In this document: positions 8,666 through 17,307 of the stretch, in pieces | Layout: every line of letters begins with the position of its first letter | Numbering within the stretch: the stretch's first letter is position 1 | Source: an uncultured Bdellovibrionales bacterium | GTDB lineage: Bacteria; Patescibacteriota; Minisyncoccia; Moranbacterales; UBA1568 | Assembly (NCBI GenBank): GCA_964384235.1 | Contig: CAYLJX010000001.1 | Coordinates: forward strand, 22,792 to 86,791 | Direction: 5' to 3' | Length of the DNA: 64,000 nt | Translations under genes and position numbers: made by a program | The notes under the pieces: generated by a model | What the model was told of the DNA's origin: nothing | The model's database searches: none | The model's input: only the letters and a program-made list of their open reading frames with translations

Positions 8666-9361
8666 CTAGTAATTCACGAAGTACTGGATGTCAGCCTTGG
8701 TTCTGAGTTCTTCCACCCACTGGCCCGCCTCCTGGTTGAATTTCTGCTGTTTGAGGCCTTCCTTGGTCTGGTTGAAGAGGTCTTCCGAGCTCATCCCTTC
8801 TGTCGGGGGAGCTTTCCGGGTGCTCAGGAACTGGTTGACTTCCTCGTCGGTGACTTGAGTCTTTTCAGCAAGAAGCTTCTCCAGCTGCTTGCGGATCATG
8901 ATCTGCTCGCGCACGTCCTTTTCGGTGAGTCCCTGCTCCTTGAGCATGTCGGTGAACGTCACGCCTCCCTGCTTGGCGACCTGCTCCTCGATCTTCTTGA
9001 TCTCCGCGTCGATCTCTTCCTTGTTTACCGAGATACCTTTCGCTTTGGCTTCATCGGCGATGAGTTTCTTGGTGATGATCTCGTCGAGGGCCGATTTGCC
9101 CGAGCGCTTCTCGAGTTCCTTCACGACCGTGAGTCGGCTGACCGGGGAGCCGTTCACCGTGGCCGCGATGAAGACGGACCGGAACTGATAGAGGGTCGCG
9201 AGAATGATGAGGACAATGAGAATGAGACCGGCAGCTGTTGTGGCACGTTTGCTCGGTTTGAATTTCCTTTTGGGAGACGGAGTCGTTTCGGAAGGGGTGC
9301 TTTCCGTCTTTGTCTCCTCTTTTGTCGCTTCCTGGGAAGCCTGGTGTTCCATGTGTTCCAT
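8666..9361 (-). CDS. SurA N-terminal domain-like periplasmic chaperone / PPIase-like protein
   Basis: N-terminal TM anchor followed by a charged helical region with SurA_N-like segments (ATVNGSPVSRLTVVKELE...). No clear parvulin motif seen. Confidence 0.55.
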   Translation of the reverse strand: MEHMEHQASQEATKEETKTESTPSETTPSPKRKFKPSKRATTAAGLILIVLIILATLYQFRSVFIAATVNGSPVSRLTVVKELEKRSGKSALDEIITKKLIADEAKAKGISVNKEEIDAEIKKIEEQVAKQGGVTFTDMLKEQGLTEKDVREQIMIRKQLEKLLAEKTQVTDEEVNQFLSTRKAPPTEGMSSEDLFNQTKEGLKQQKFNQEAGQWVEELRTKADIQYFVNY

Positions 9362-9433
9362 ACTGGAATTTCAAGAATTATGCTGGTTATCGGTATGGTA
9401 AGTGTACCACGAATGCCGAAACGGAGCCATTCT

Positions 9434-9790
9434 TTACCCCAGGAACCGGTCGGCGTAGTCCTTGATTTTCACAAGCACCGGGAGCATATGCCGGCCCTTT
9501 TCGGAGAGAGAATAGCTCACGGAAACCTTGTCGACGGTCTCCTCCCGGCGCTCGATAAGATGAAGCGCTTCGAGTTTTTTGAGCCGTTTGGCGAGGGTGG
9601 TGGGGTTCATGTTACCGACCGCGCGCTGAAGCTCGCAGTAGCGTTTCCCGCCCTCCGAGAGGGAGTGGATGATGAAAAGGGTCTGGGCATCGCCGAAAAT
9701 GGCGAGAGCCTCCTCGAAGCGGCCGAGGCGCTCCTGGCACTGTGAGGAATCGCAGGTATCCGACTGGTTTTTTTGGGCTTGACGAGGCAT
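9434..9790 (-). CDS. HxlR-family transcriptional regulator
   Basis: CDSSQCQERLGRFEEALAIFGDAQTLFIIHSL..GGKRYCELQRAV...TLAKRLKKLEALHLIER is a typical HxlR winged-HTH. Confidence 0.8.
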   Translation of the reverse strand: MPRQAQKNQSDTCDSSQCQERLGRFEEALAIFGDAQTLFIIHSLSEGGKRYCELQRAVGNMNPTTLAKRLKKLEALHLIERREETVDKVSVSYSLSEKGRHMLPVLVKIKDYADRFLG

Positions 9791-9797
9791 GTCTTTT

Positions 9798-9836
9798 TAT
9801 ACTATAAAAAATATAGTACTATATTTAGTATAGTAT
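9798..9836. promoter_or_regulatory. putative HxlR operator in divergent promoter region
   Basis: Two 7-5-7 inverted repeats, TACTATA-aaaaa-TATAGTA (9800-9818) and TACTATA-tttag-TATAGTA (9817-9835), lie between the HxlR regulator and nitroreductase starts. Confidence 0.4.
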
Positions 9837-9873
9837 CTAGGGGAATAATCAATATAATACAAGTATACAGCAT

Positions 9874-10509
9874 ATGCAAGAAAATATCGTCATGGCGCTC
9901 CGGTGGCGCTACGCGGTCAATGGATTCGATCCGTCGAAGAAGGTAAGCGAAGCGGATCTCGAGACCATTCTCGAGAGCGGTCGGCTCGCGCCGAGCAGTC
10001 TGGGACTCGAGCCGTGGAAGTTCATTGTGGTGGAAAACCCCGAGCTTCGTGGGAAAATCAGGGGAGCGAGTTATGATCAGGCCAAGGTGAGCGAGGCCTC
10101 GCACCTCGTCGTCATTGCGAGGCGGACCGATGTGCGCGAGAATATCGCCCGTGAACGCCTGGAACGCACCGCCGAAATCCAGAAGCAGGACATAAGCGAG
10201 CTCGGCGGCCTCAAACAGATGGTCGAGGGAAGTATCGCCATGCGTGACGACGCGACGCTCGACGCCTGGACCTCGCGCCAGGCCTATATACCCCTCGGCA
10301 TGATGGTGGAGACGGCCTCGCTTCTCGGTATCGATTCGGCGCCGATGGAAGGGTTCGACCCGAATGCGGTTGACGAGGTCCTCGGTCTCACGGAAAAACA
10401 CCTCGCGGCGACGGCTCTGCTCGCTCTCGGGTACCGTGGCAGTGATCCGTCGGCCGATCGCCCCAAGGTCCGCCGCGCCTTCACCGACGTCGTCGAATTC
10501 GCGAAATGA
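9874..10509 (+). CDS. NAD(P)H nitroreductase family oxidoreductase
   Basis: 211 aa. RWRYAVNGFDPSKKV...LAPSSLGLEPWKFIVV is a classic nitroreductase N-terminus. Divergent from the HxlR regulator. Confidence 0.85.
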   Translation: MQENIVMALRWRYAVNGFDPSKKVSEADLETILESGRLAPSSLGLEPWKFIVVENPELRGKIRGASYDQAKVSEASHLVVIARRTDVRENIARERLERTAEIQKQDISELGGLKQMVEGSIAMRDDATLDAWTSRQAYIPLGMMVETASLLGIDSAPMEGFDPNAVDEVLGLTEKHLAATALLALGYRGSDPSADRPKVRRAFTDVVEFAK

Positions 10510-10620
10510 GAAAGGGTGGAAAAGGGATTAAGGGGATTTCTGAGAAAGGGTACCTGTAAGGCGCCCTTTCTTGATTTTAGGCTGGAAAGTTGGTAGGGTT
10601 GATAGGTATCGAAATATCTT

Positions 10621-10709
10621 GGAGAGGTGCCTGAGCGGCTGAAAGGGGCACACTGCTAATGTGTTAACCGGGTAAAACCGGTTCGAGGGTTCGAATCCCT
10701 CCCTCTCCG
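10621..10709 (+). tRNA. tRNA-Ser (anticodon GCT), class II
   Basis: Acceptor GGAGAGG/CCTCTCC, anticodon loop CTGCTAA, long variable arm, T-arm GAGGG-TTCGAAT-CCCTC. The AT-rich island begins directly downstream. Confidence 0.85.
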
Positions 10710-10756
10710 CATCAAGCTTGTTTTATCGAGGGTGACCCGAGAGCCTCAAAACGAGC

Positions 10757-10787
10757 AAAAGAAAACCGCCTTTATTCGGCGGTTTTC
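10757..10787. terminator. bidirectional terminator hairpin
   Basis: AAAACCGCC-tttattc-GGCGGTTTT with T/A runs on both sides. Confidence 0.5.
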
Positions 10788-10802
10788 GTTTGTCTTAACT
10801 TT

Positions 10803-11348
10803 CTACTTTACCCAGCAATCTTTGAGCATCGGTGAACCGATAGTTGCGCTGTTTCCTGTCCCAATCAGGGTGACTGTTTGATCTTTTTTCATAGCAAGCG
10901 CCTTATCCCGCTCACTCTCCTTCATGTAACACTGAGATCCATTGAAGTCATACTCTCCATCAGAAAGTTTCACGATAATTTCGTCATCGAAAGTACCATT
11001 AGTGACCCCAGTAATTTTCCCAGTAATTTCAATTAACTTTCCCTTGTATTTAGAATCTGCGGCTACTTCATTCTCTTTGTACTCCTTTGCCAGGACGGCA
11101 CTAGTTACCGTCACATCAGGTATCGACTTTTCTGGGGCTACAGTTTGTGTATCTGCAGTCTTGTTTTCTTCTGCTGGAGCTCCTGCTATGTCATCAGAGA
11201 CTTTTTGTTTTGTATCTTCTACAGCACTATTACCAATGGCGTAGAGGATAGCAATGATTGCGATGGTGACGACCCACCATTTCTTGTACCACGCTTTCTT
11301 TTCTGGGACATTTTGAGCCTGTCCCGAAGGCTGAAGCTGTTGCTCCAT
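10803..11348 (-). CDS. hypothetical membrane-anchored protein (island)
   Basis: 181 aa with N-terminal TM (WWVVTIAIIAILYAI) and a Lys/Glu-rich extracellular part. No motif. Confidence 0.5.
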   Translation of the reverse strand: MEQQLQPSGQAQNVPEKKAWYKKWWVVTIAIIAILYAIGNSAVEDTKQKVSDDIAGAPAEENKTADTQTVAPEKSIPDVTVTSAVLAKEYKENEVAADSKYKGKLIEITGKITGVTNGTFDDEIIVKLSDGEYDFNGSQCYMKESERDKALAMKKDQTVTLIGTGNSATIGSPMLKDCWVK

Positions 11349-11584
11349 ATTATTGTTGCTAAGGAATTATTAAATTTGAGAATCCAGTTCTGAGAACACA
11401 AAAGGCCCTACGAACCGGTGGCAATCCTTTCGGACTGTCTCGGCGCTCTTTCGAACGTCGACCTTAGCAACAAGTACCGGCCATAGGGCCGTTTCTGTTG
11501 CTAAGGGTTTTATTGCGCCATGCCCGTATTGCTACGAGTTTAGGCATTATTGTACCTCAATTATAGCTTTTTAAGGGACGAAAA

Positions 11585-12940
11585 TCAACTTTCCGATTTT
11601 ATGGTGGTTTCATACTTCCTGAGGGTTAATTTCTTATCCTTTCCCAATACCAATCGGCTTTTGAGACTCGCCAGGAGCTCTCTTTTCTCGATCATCCGAC
11701 CTTCTCGTAGGATGTACTTGGCGTATGTCCGGATATCGAACTCTTGCTTCTTCTCCATCTCCGCTTCCTGGCCATGCATCCGGAGCACGGTGTGCTGGAA
11801 TTTGTTGTAGCGCTCGACTTCGTCCTCGAACTGACGCTTCAGCCCGATCTCGTTGATATCGATCACGTCGATCATCTTCGCCATCTGATCGATCAACTCT
11901 TCTTCTCGGAGATATCCCAGCTTGCAAGAGAGATCTCGTGATCGAGTGCAACCATAGTAGATGTATGTTGCCGTGTCTCCGCTTTTCAGTTTCTTGTACT
12001 TTTCATCGGCGGTGATGCCAGATCCGCAGAGTCCGCAAGTAATGAGCTTGGTAAAGGCAAACTCCTTGTTGTCCCGAGTGATCCGGTCTCGCTTCAGTTG
12101 TTCCTGAGTGAGGTCAAAGAGTTCTTTCGTGATAATCGGTTCATGTTTGCCCTCGTACCACTTGCCACTCTCTCTCGGAAACTCAAATGGGCCGTAGTAA
12201 AAAGAAGTTTGGAGAATGCGGTATATATTACTGAGGGAAAGATTCTTGTTGCCTTTGGACTTAAAGTTAAGGTCGAATTTGAGCCAATGGTAGAGTTTCC
12301 GTCCACTCCAGCGCTCGTAGGCGACTTTCTCAAACATCTTACGAACAATCGGACCGCGTTCCGGATCAATAATTACCTGCCCCTTTCGATCAGGAGAAGT
12401 AACATTTAAGTACCCTGTTGGAGCGCAGGTTGGCCACATGCCCATCTCGCAGCGCATCCTGAGTCCTCGCTTCACATTCACGCCTCGATTGTCATTTTCA
12501 AGCTTGGCTTGGGAACCGAGAATCATGAGGAGAAACTTCTCATTGGGTGAATTAGTGAAACACTGTCCGTAAGTACGGATCTCCATGAGAAGTTTTTCAT
12601 CCATGAGATCGACGAGTGAACCAAGGTCACCTGCATTGCGACTCAATCGATCAGGAGCCCAGGTGAGAATCCCGTTGAATCTTCCTTTCCGAATGTCTTC
12701 GATAAGTTCGTTGTACACCGGGCGTCCGCCTGAGGTTTTAGCCGAGTGACTTTCTCTCCGAATCTCAACTATTTCCAATCCATCCCGCTCGGCAATTTGA
12801 AGCATCTCTTTGACCTGCGAATCGATCGAAAGCACCTGACGTTCTTCGGACTCGGTGCTCTTCCGAGCATAGAGGCAATACCGAGTTTTGGTCGGTACTT
12901 GGGTCTCTGTGACCGCTTGATTGGTTGGGCTGGTATTCAT
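11585..12940 (-). CDS. large serine recombinase (resolvase/integrase family)
   Basis: N-terminal resolvase catalytic domain (YARKSTESEERQ with catalytic Ser; LDRLSRN), recombinase domain and C-terminal zinc ribbon (CGLCGS...YYGC). Confidence 0.85.
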   Translation of the reverse strand: MNTSPTNQAVTETQVPTKTRYCLYARKSTESEERQVLSIDSQVKEMLQIAERDGLEIVEIRRESHSAKTSGGRPVYNELIEDIRKGRFNGILTWAPDRLSRNAGDLGSLVDLMDEKLLMEIRTYGQCFTNSPNEKFLLMILGSQAKLENDNRGVNVKRGLRMRCEMGMWPTCAPTGYLNVTSPDRKGQVIIDPERGPIVRKMFEKVAYERWSGRKLYHWLKFDLNFKSKGNKNLSLSNIYRILQTSFYYGPFEFPRESGKWYEGKHEPIITKELFDLTQEQLKRDRITRDNKEFAFTKLITCGLCGSGITADEKYKKLKSGDTATYIYYGCTRSRDLSCKLGYLREEELIDQMAKMIDVIDINEIGLKRQFEDEVERYNKFQHTVLRMHGQEAEMEKKQEFDIRTYAKYILREGRMIEKRELLASLKSRLVLGKDKKLTLRKYETTIKSES

Positions 12941-13024
12941 AGGATCAAGCCAATGAATGACGCAGACCCGAATCCTTGTCTAGACCCTCTCAAAAACCCC
13001 TCAAAGCCTTGTTAAAACCCTCTC

Positions 13025-14464
13025 CTAGAACCAGACGATCTCTTGCCTCCCATGATCCGCCTCGATAATTTTCAGAAGCAAAATAGCGAAAGCATCGGCT
13101 AAATCATCGTGCTTTTCTACCCCAAAACCCACCAACTGCCGGATCAAGTCCTCAGCCCCTTCTTTTGGGAAAAGCACTTTACCGGATTCAATGAGGGGAG
13201 TTGTTAAGGCCAGCCGGGCTCGCTTGTCCTGTCCATGAACCTTCACACCCTGAACAAAGGGTAATCCTCCACGCTGAAGCTCCTCAATGAGCACTCTTTG
13301 GTAAGCGACGTCCTCGACGTAGATATGCGGATAGTCATTATGAACGGTAGTCAAAGCCTTCGCTCTAATGAGAGTTTTGGTTTCGTAAAAGCTTAATCGT
13401 TTATTGACCGGATGAGGCTGAATGTAGATGCGGAGGTCTGGGCCATAGCCGTAAATATGAGCGGTCACCATCGCGGTGCAGTCTGCCGTGTTATTGGAAG
13501 AAATAGCGAGGTCAATACCAATAGCCGAGTAGCGAAATTCACCTTCATTCCACCCAGGAGGGCGATCATAGTAACGGATCTTCTCTGGGAAAATAAGCTG
13601 ACCTTCACTCGGGACAATCTTTAGGAGAAATTCTCTTTGCCAGGCGATATCGTTGCCTACTTTCCGCTCTTCTCGAATCAAATCTTCTTTTGCTGAATAT
13701 TTCCCGGGCCACAGGCATACTCCATCTTTATCAATGAGCGGATACTCCTTAAACACTCCATCAACTTTTCCGTTCTCAATATCTTGCTTCAGTCGCATAA
13801 GAAGAGAATCCTCATGGAGAAGATTTCCGACAAGTACCAGTCGAGTGTTCTGGTCTCCGGCTGGAATGACTTCGCTCGTAAGCCACTGGTAGGTTTTATC
13901 CCGGCTTTCTTTGGTTCGAGTCGAATCCATGTCTTCGAGATCGTCTCCAATAATAAGACTCGGCCGGTACTGATTATGTCGCAGTCCTCGAATACTTTGC
14001 TCACGCGAGGCAATACTGATCCGAGCATTGAGCTTGGTGAAAACAAGAGTAGCCGTACCCCATTCATCCGAATCTTCCTGAAACGGTCCAAGGTCATTCT
14101 TCAAAAGCTCATTGCTTTCAAGCTCTCGCTTAATGTTTACCATGTGCTGTTTGGCCTGGGTCCTCGTCTGGCAGAGAATCAGGATAAACTTATGGGCTTG
14201 TTTTCCAAGAATCGCCCAGAGCGTATACGAGAGCGTAATAATCGTTGACTTGGCCGAGCCACGGAAAGAAACAACGAGCAGGAATTTAATACCCTCGTCT
14301 TCGGTCAAAGCAAAAATATCTTTCTGGAACTCTGCCGTCTCATACTTCACGTAGTGGGCAAAGTAGAAATGGAAGAAGAGTAGATGGTTTTGTCTGACGA
14401 TTTCTCTTCGAACCTCTCGGTCACGAAGCATGTGCTGGAAAACTTTTTGAGAAAGGACGGACAT
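13025..14464 (-). CDS. phage terminase large subunit (TerL)
   Basis: ATPase Walker A VVSFRGSAKST and Walker B LIIGDDLEDM, plus a C-terminal RNaseH-like nuclease with acidic residues (IGIDLA, VEDVAYQ, HDDLADA). Confidence 0.85.
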   Translation of the reverse strand: MSVLSQKVFQHMLRDREVRREIVRQNHLLFFHFYFAHYVKYETAEFQKDIFALTEDEGIKFLLVVSFRGSAKSTIITLSYTLWAILGKQAHKFILILCQTRTQAKQHMVNIKRELESNELLKNDLGPFQEDSDEWGTATLVFTKLNARISIASREQSIRGLRHNQYRPSLIIGDDLEDMDSTRTKESRDKTYQWLTSEVIPAGDQNTRLVLVGNLLHEDSLLMRLKQDIENGKVDGVFKEYPLIDKDGVCLWPGKYSAKEDLIREERKVGNDIAWQREFLLKIVPSEGQLIFPEKIRYYDRPPGWNEGEFRYSAIGIDLAISSNNTADCTAMVTAHIYGYGPDLRIYIQPHPVNKRLSFYETKTLIRAKALTTVHNDYPHIYVEDVAYQRVLIEELQRGGLPFVQGVKVHGQDKRARLALTTPLIESGKVLFPKEGAEDLIRQLVGFGVEKHDDLADAFAILLLKIIEADHGRQEIVWF

Positions 14465-14466
14465 AG

Positions 14467-14856
14467 CTATTTTCCCCCTTTCTTATTCAGTCCAGCGAGC
14501 TTCAAAGCCTGCGTTACAACCGCTTTCTGTTCTCTACTCAGTTCTTTATTTTGGTCTGGCACCGTTGTTACCTCAATACGATCGCGAAATTTCTGGTGTC
14601 GGTGCCGCAGCCAGAAACTAATCGCCGGATAGTTCCTGTCACGAATGAGAGAGATGAGTTGAGACTCGCCCATATCGTTAATGAGAGCTTCACCTTCGAT
14701 CAGAGCCTCTTCCATCGCGTGGCGGAACTTCGAACTTTCTTTCCGCCAGCGATAGACCGTCGCTCGGGCAACCCCGGCTTTCTCGCAGGCGATCTGGATA
14801 ATGGGAATCTTTCTCAAATGATCGAGAAAGATTTGTTTCGTGCGGTTTGCTTTCAT
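14467..14856 (-). CDS. terminase small subunit-like HTH DNA-binding protein
   Basis: 129 aa immediately upstream of TerL with a 4-nt overlap to the MTase. HTH segment IACEKAGVARATVYRWRK. Confidence 0.5.
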   Translation of the reverse strand: MKANRTKQIFLDHLRKIPIIQIACEKAGVARATVYRWRKESSKFRHAMEEALIEGEALINDMGESQLISLIRDRNYPAISFWLRHRHQKFRDRIEVTTVPDQNKELSREQKAVVTQALKLAGLNKKGGK

Positions 14857-16238
14857 ACGCGTACTGCTTTCTTACCAGTCAGTTTTTCCCAGCGTTTCCG
14901 GATCACCTCGGCGTAGATAGGTGACTTTTCCATGAGGTAACAACGCCGCTTCATCTTTTCGCAGGCCATGAGGGTAGAACCGCTTCCACCGAAGGGTTCA
15001 ACAACGAGATCGCCCCGCCGGGTGAGAACCTTGAGGTAAGGAATGAGGATTTCCAATGGCTTGGTGCCGAAGATAATCCCTTGCCCCGAACTCTTCTTGT
15101 CAGCGGCTTTGTACTCGATGAAGTCGGTCGGACAAATCTTCTTCCCTTTCTCATACGATTCCCAGTGCGGCTTTCCACCAATGGCGTAGAGCGCAGTCTC
15201 ATACTCGTTCTGGAGCGGCTCTTCTTCGGGATCAATGTTATACGGCACTTCGCCTCCGCTACCGACCATGGCGATATCGTGCTTGTTGAAGAATTTGTAC
15301 TTGGCCGAGAATCCCTGGACTCGATTCGGGAGATGCCACACGATCATATTCTTCACCCGCCAATACTTCTCCATCTCGTCCCAGATGGTCCGAATATTCT
15401 TCCAGTTTTCGTACACAATGATGGAGAAGTCATCAGAAGCTACTTTCGAAATATTACCCATCCACTTTTCGGTGAAGTCGTCCGGCAAGGCATCAGTTTC
15501 GAGATAGCGACGGTTACGTTTCGCACCAAAGCCTTCAGTCGCCTCGCCGTTCTTTTTCTTGCCCCTGAGATAATCGAGGATGTAGGGCGGATCAGTGAAA
15601 CACATACTAGCCTTCTCATTGCCCATGAGCTTCCACATATCGGCTTCAACCGTTGAGTCACCACACATGAGCTTCGAATCTCCAAGCATCCAGACATCGC
15701 CTTTCTTAATTTCAATATTTTGGATATTGAGGCTCTTGAGTTCTTTCTCGAGGTCAAACATTTCGGGTGTATCTTCCATGGCAAAAATCTCATCGAGGTC
15801 TTCGCTCGAAAATCCGACATCGGCCAAGAACTCTTCACCGAAACTTTTGAGGAGGTCCCAATCGAACTCACCGACATTCTTGTTCAGGCGAATGTTGAGT
15901 TCTTTCTCCTTCGCGATATCTGGGATGGAGAGGTAGACCACGGGCATCTCCTTAATTCCAAGCTTCTTGGCCATGGCAAGACGGAAGTGGCCACCGATGA
16001 CAATGTTCATGCGCTCCGGTGCGCTGTTCACTACCAAGGGATCGATCATCCCAAAGCGCCGGAGACTCTCTTGGAGTTCTTCCTCTGCTTCTTTGCTCCA
16101 TTTCCTCGGGTTATATTCCGATGCCTTCAGCGCTGAGGCATCAACGTACTCGACCTGCAACCGACTGTCTTCATGCTTTGTCATATGTATGACCCTTAAT
16201 GAATTAGGGCAGGAGGCTTTCGCAAACAAAAAACCCAC
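14853..16238 (-). CDS. ParB-like nuclease domain fused to DNA methyltransferase (N6-adenine/N4-cytosine, beta class)
   Basis: N-terminal ParB motif (VIGGHFRLAMAKKLG). MTase motif IV DPPY (MCFTDPPY) and a C-terminal motif I FGGSGST. Typical phage orphan MTase architecture. Confidence 0.85.
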   Translation of the reverse strand: MGFLFAKASCPNSLRVIHMTKHEDSRLQVEYVDASALKASEYNPRKWSKEAEEELQESLRRFGMIDPLVVNSAPERMNIVIGGHFRLAMAKKLGIKEMPVVYLSIPDIAKEKELNIRLNKNVGEFDWDLLKSFGEEFLADVGFSSEDLDEIFAMEDTPEMFDLEKELKSLNIQNIEIKKGDVWMLGDSKLMCGDSTVEADMWKLMGNEKASMCFTDPPYILDYLRGKKKNGEATEGFGAKRNRRYLETDALPDDFTEKWMGNISKVASDDFSIIVYENWKNIRTIWDEMEKYWRVKNMIVWHLPNRVQGFSAKYKFFNKHDIAMVGSGGEVPYNIDPEEEPLQNEYETALYAIGGKPHWESYEKGKKICPTDFIEYKAADKKSSGQGIIFGTKPLEILIPYLKVLTRRGDLVVEPFGGSGSTLMACEKMKRRCYLMEKSPIYAEVIRKRWEKLTGKKAVRV

Positions 16239-16473
16239 TCTGCGTGAAACACAAAAAAACGAACTGCTTCATTTTTTTATGTCTCCTACAGAATGGGCAT
16301 GATTGAGAGCGGACGCTCTCTTTGGCGAAGAGGCTTCAATCCTTCGCGCTTATCGGCCAAGCCGAGATACATACTCTTTCGAGTGGGAAACTAGATTGTT
16401 TAAGTTTGCTAGTTCAAAGTATATTCTCTCTTGAAAAATCGTCAAGCTGGTCAAAAAGACCAGTATCTGATTC

Positions 16474-16502
16474 TTTACTTACACTGAAAAGCATTGTATA
16501 AT
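16474..16502 (+). promoter_or_regulatory. putative sigma70-type promoter for the island plus-strand operon
   Basis: TTTACT, a 17-nt spacer, then TATAAT (16497-16502) 14 nt upstream of the ATG at 16516. Small inverted repeats (CTGGTC-aaaaa-GACCAG at 16447-16463) lie just upstream. Confidence 0.35.
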
Positions 16503-16515
16503 AGCCGGAAAGCGT

Positions 16516-17307
16516 ATGGATTTTACCCCTTTGATAAACCATTGGAATGGTATCTCCGTGGAACAACGGAGCATTTTGTTGTTCGGCGGACTGATCTCGC
16601 TTGTCACTTTATTCATCGGCTTTATTTTTCGAGAACTTATATGGAAAGCCATTATATGGGTCTTTAGAAAGCTCTTTCATCCAAAGAAGCAATCCGCTGA
16701 ACCAATGAGCACTACTGAGGAAGCAATCTTTGCTTCTGAGGCTGTCGGTTTATCAGAAATCGGTACGCATATCATTGGCTCACGAGTAAATGGAGGTGTT
16801 CAACCGGTTTCAATTCAGATAGTGGGAGCAAATAGTGGACCAATTAATATTTCTCAACCGTTAAACCCAGATCCTAGGGCCACTTTACCGCCGACTAACC
16901 CGGAAACTTCATTGGCAACCCCTGAGGATGCCCTTTCTATTCCACCCAGAAGGAACATTACCGTAGAACTGGAAGAAAAATCTCTTTCAATATGTGGCGA
17001 CATCGAAAGGTATTTCCCAGGAAATGGTGACAGTATCCGAACTGAATATATCGCAGCTCAGAGAGCCAAGACTGACGGAAAAATGGCAATGGCAGCTGGA
17101 AAATATACCAAGATCTTTAATAATATTCTTCGACTTCTCGGAAGTTCACCTCACTGTTCTACTCAAGAACTCAAAGATCTTTTGTCCGAACTAGGCGGTA
17201 ATATTCAAGTCATGGATGAATCATTGAAAATGGGTCACTTAGAGCAGTCAGAGCTCGATAGCTGCGAACTTCATATCATGCGCATTTTCACCAAGTTCCC
17301 CGTATGA
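16516..17307 (+). CDS. hypothetical membrane-anchored protein (island operon gene 1)
   Basis: 263 aa with one N-terminal TM (LLFGGLISLVTLFIGFIF). Stop overlaps the next gene start (ATGA). Confidence 0.5.
   Translation: MDFTPLINHWNGISVEQRSILLFGGLISLVTLFIGFIFRELIWKAIIWVFRKLFHPKKQSAEPMSTTEEAIFASEAVGLSEIGTHIIGSRVNGGVQPVSIQIVGANSGPINISQPLNPDPRATLPPTNPETSLATPEDALSIPPRRNITVELEEKSLSICGDIERYFPGNGDSIRTEYIAAQRAKTDGKMAMAAGKYTKIFNNILRLLGSSPHCSTQELKDLLSELGGNIQVMDESLKMGHLEQSELDSCELHIMRIFTKFPV

Noticed and set aside
8627-9745. 372-aa plus-strand ORF spanning the SurA-like and HxlR genes
   Set aside because: Antisense to two well-supported minus-strand genes. Leu/Phe/Glu-rich composition without motifs.
11550-12409. 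Short ORFs inside or antisense to the recombinase gene (11550..11810, 11634..11951, 11744..11941, 12094..12369, 12098..12409)
   Set aside because: Overlap a strongly supported serine recombinase CDS.
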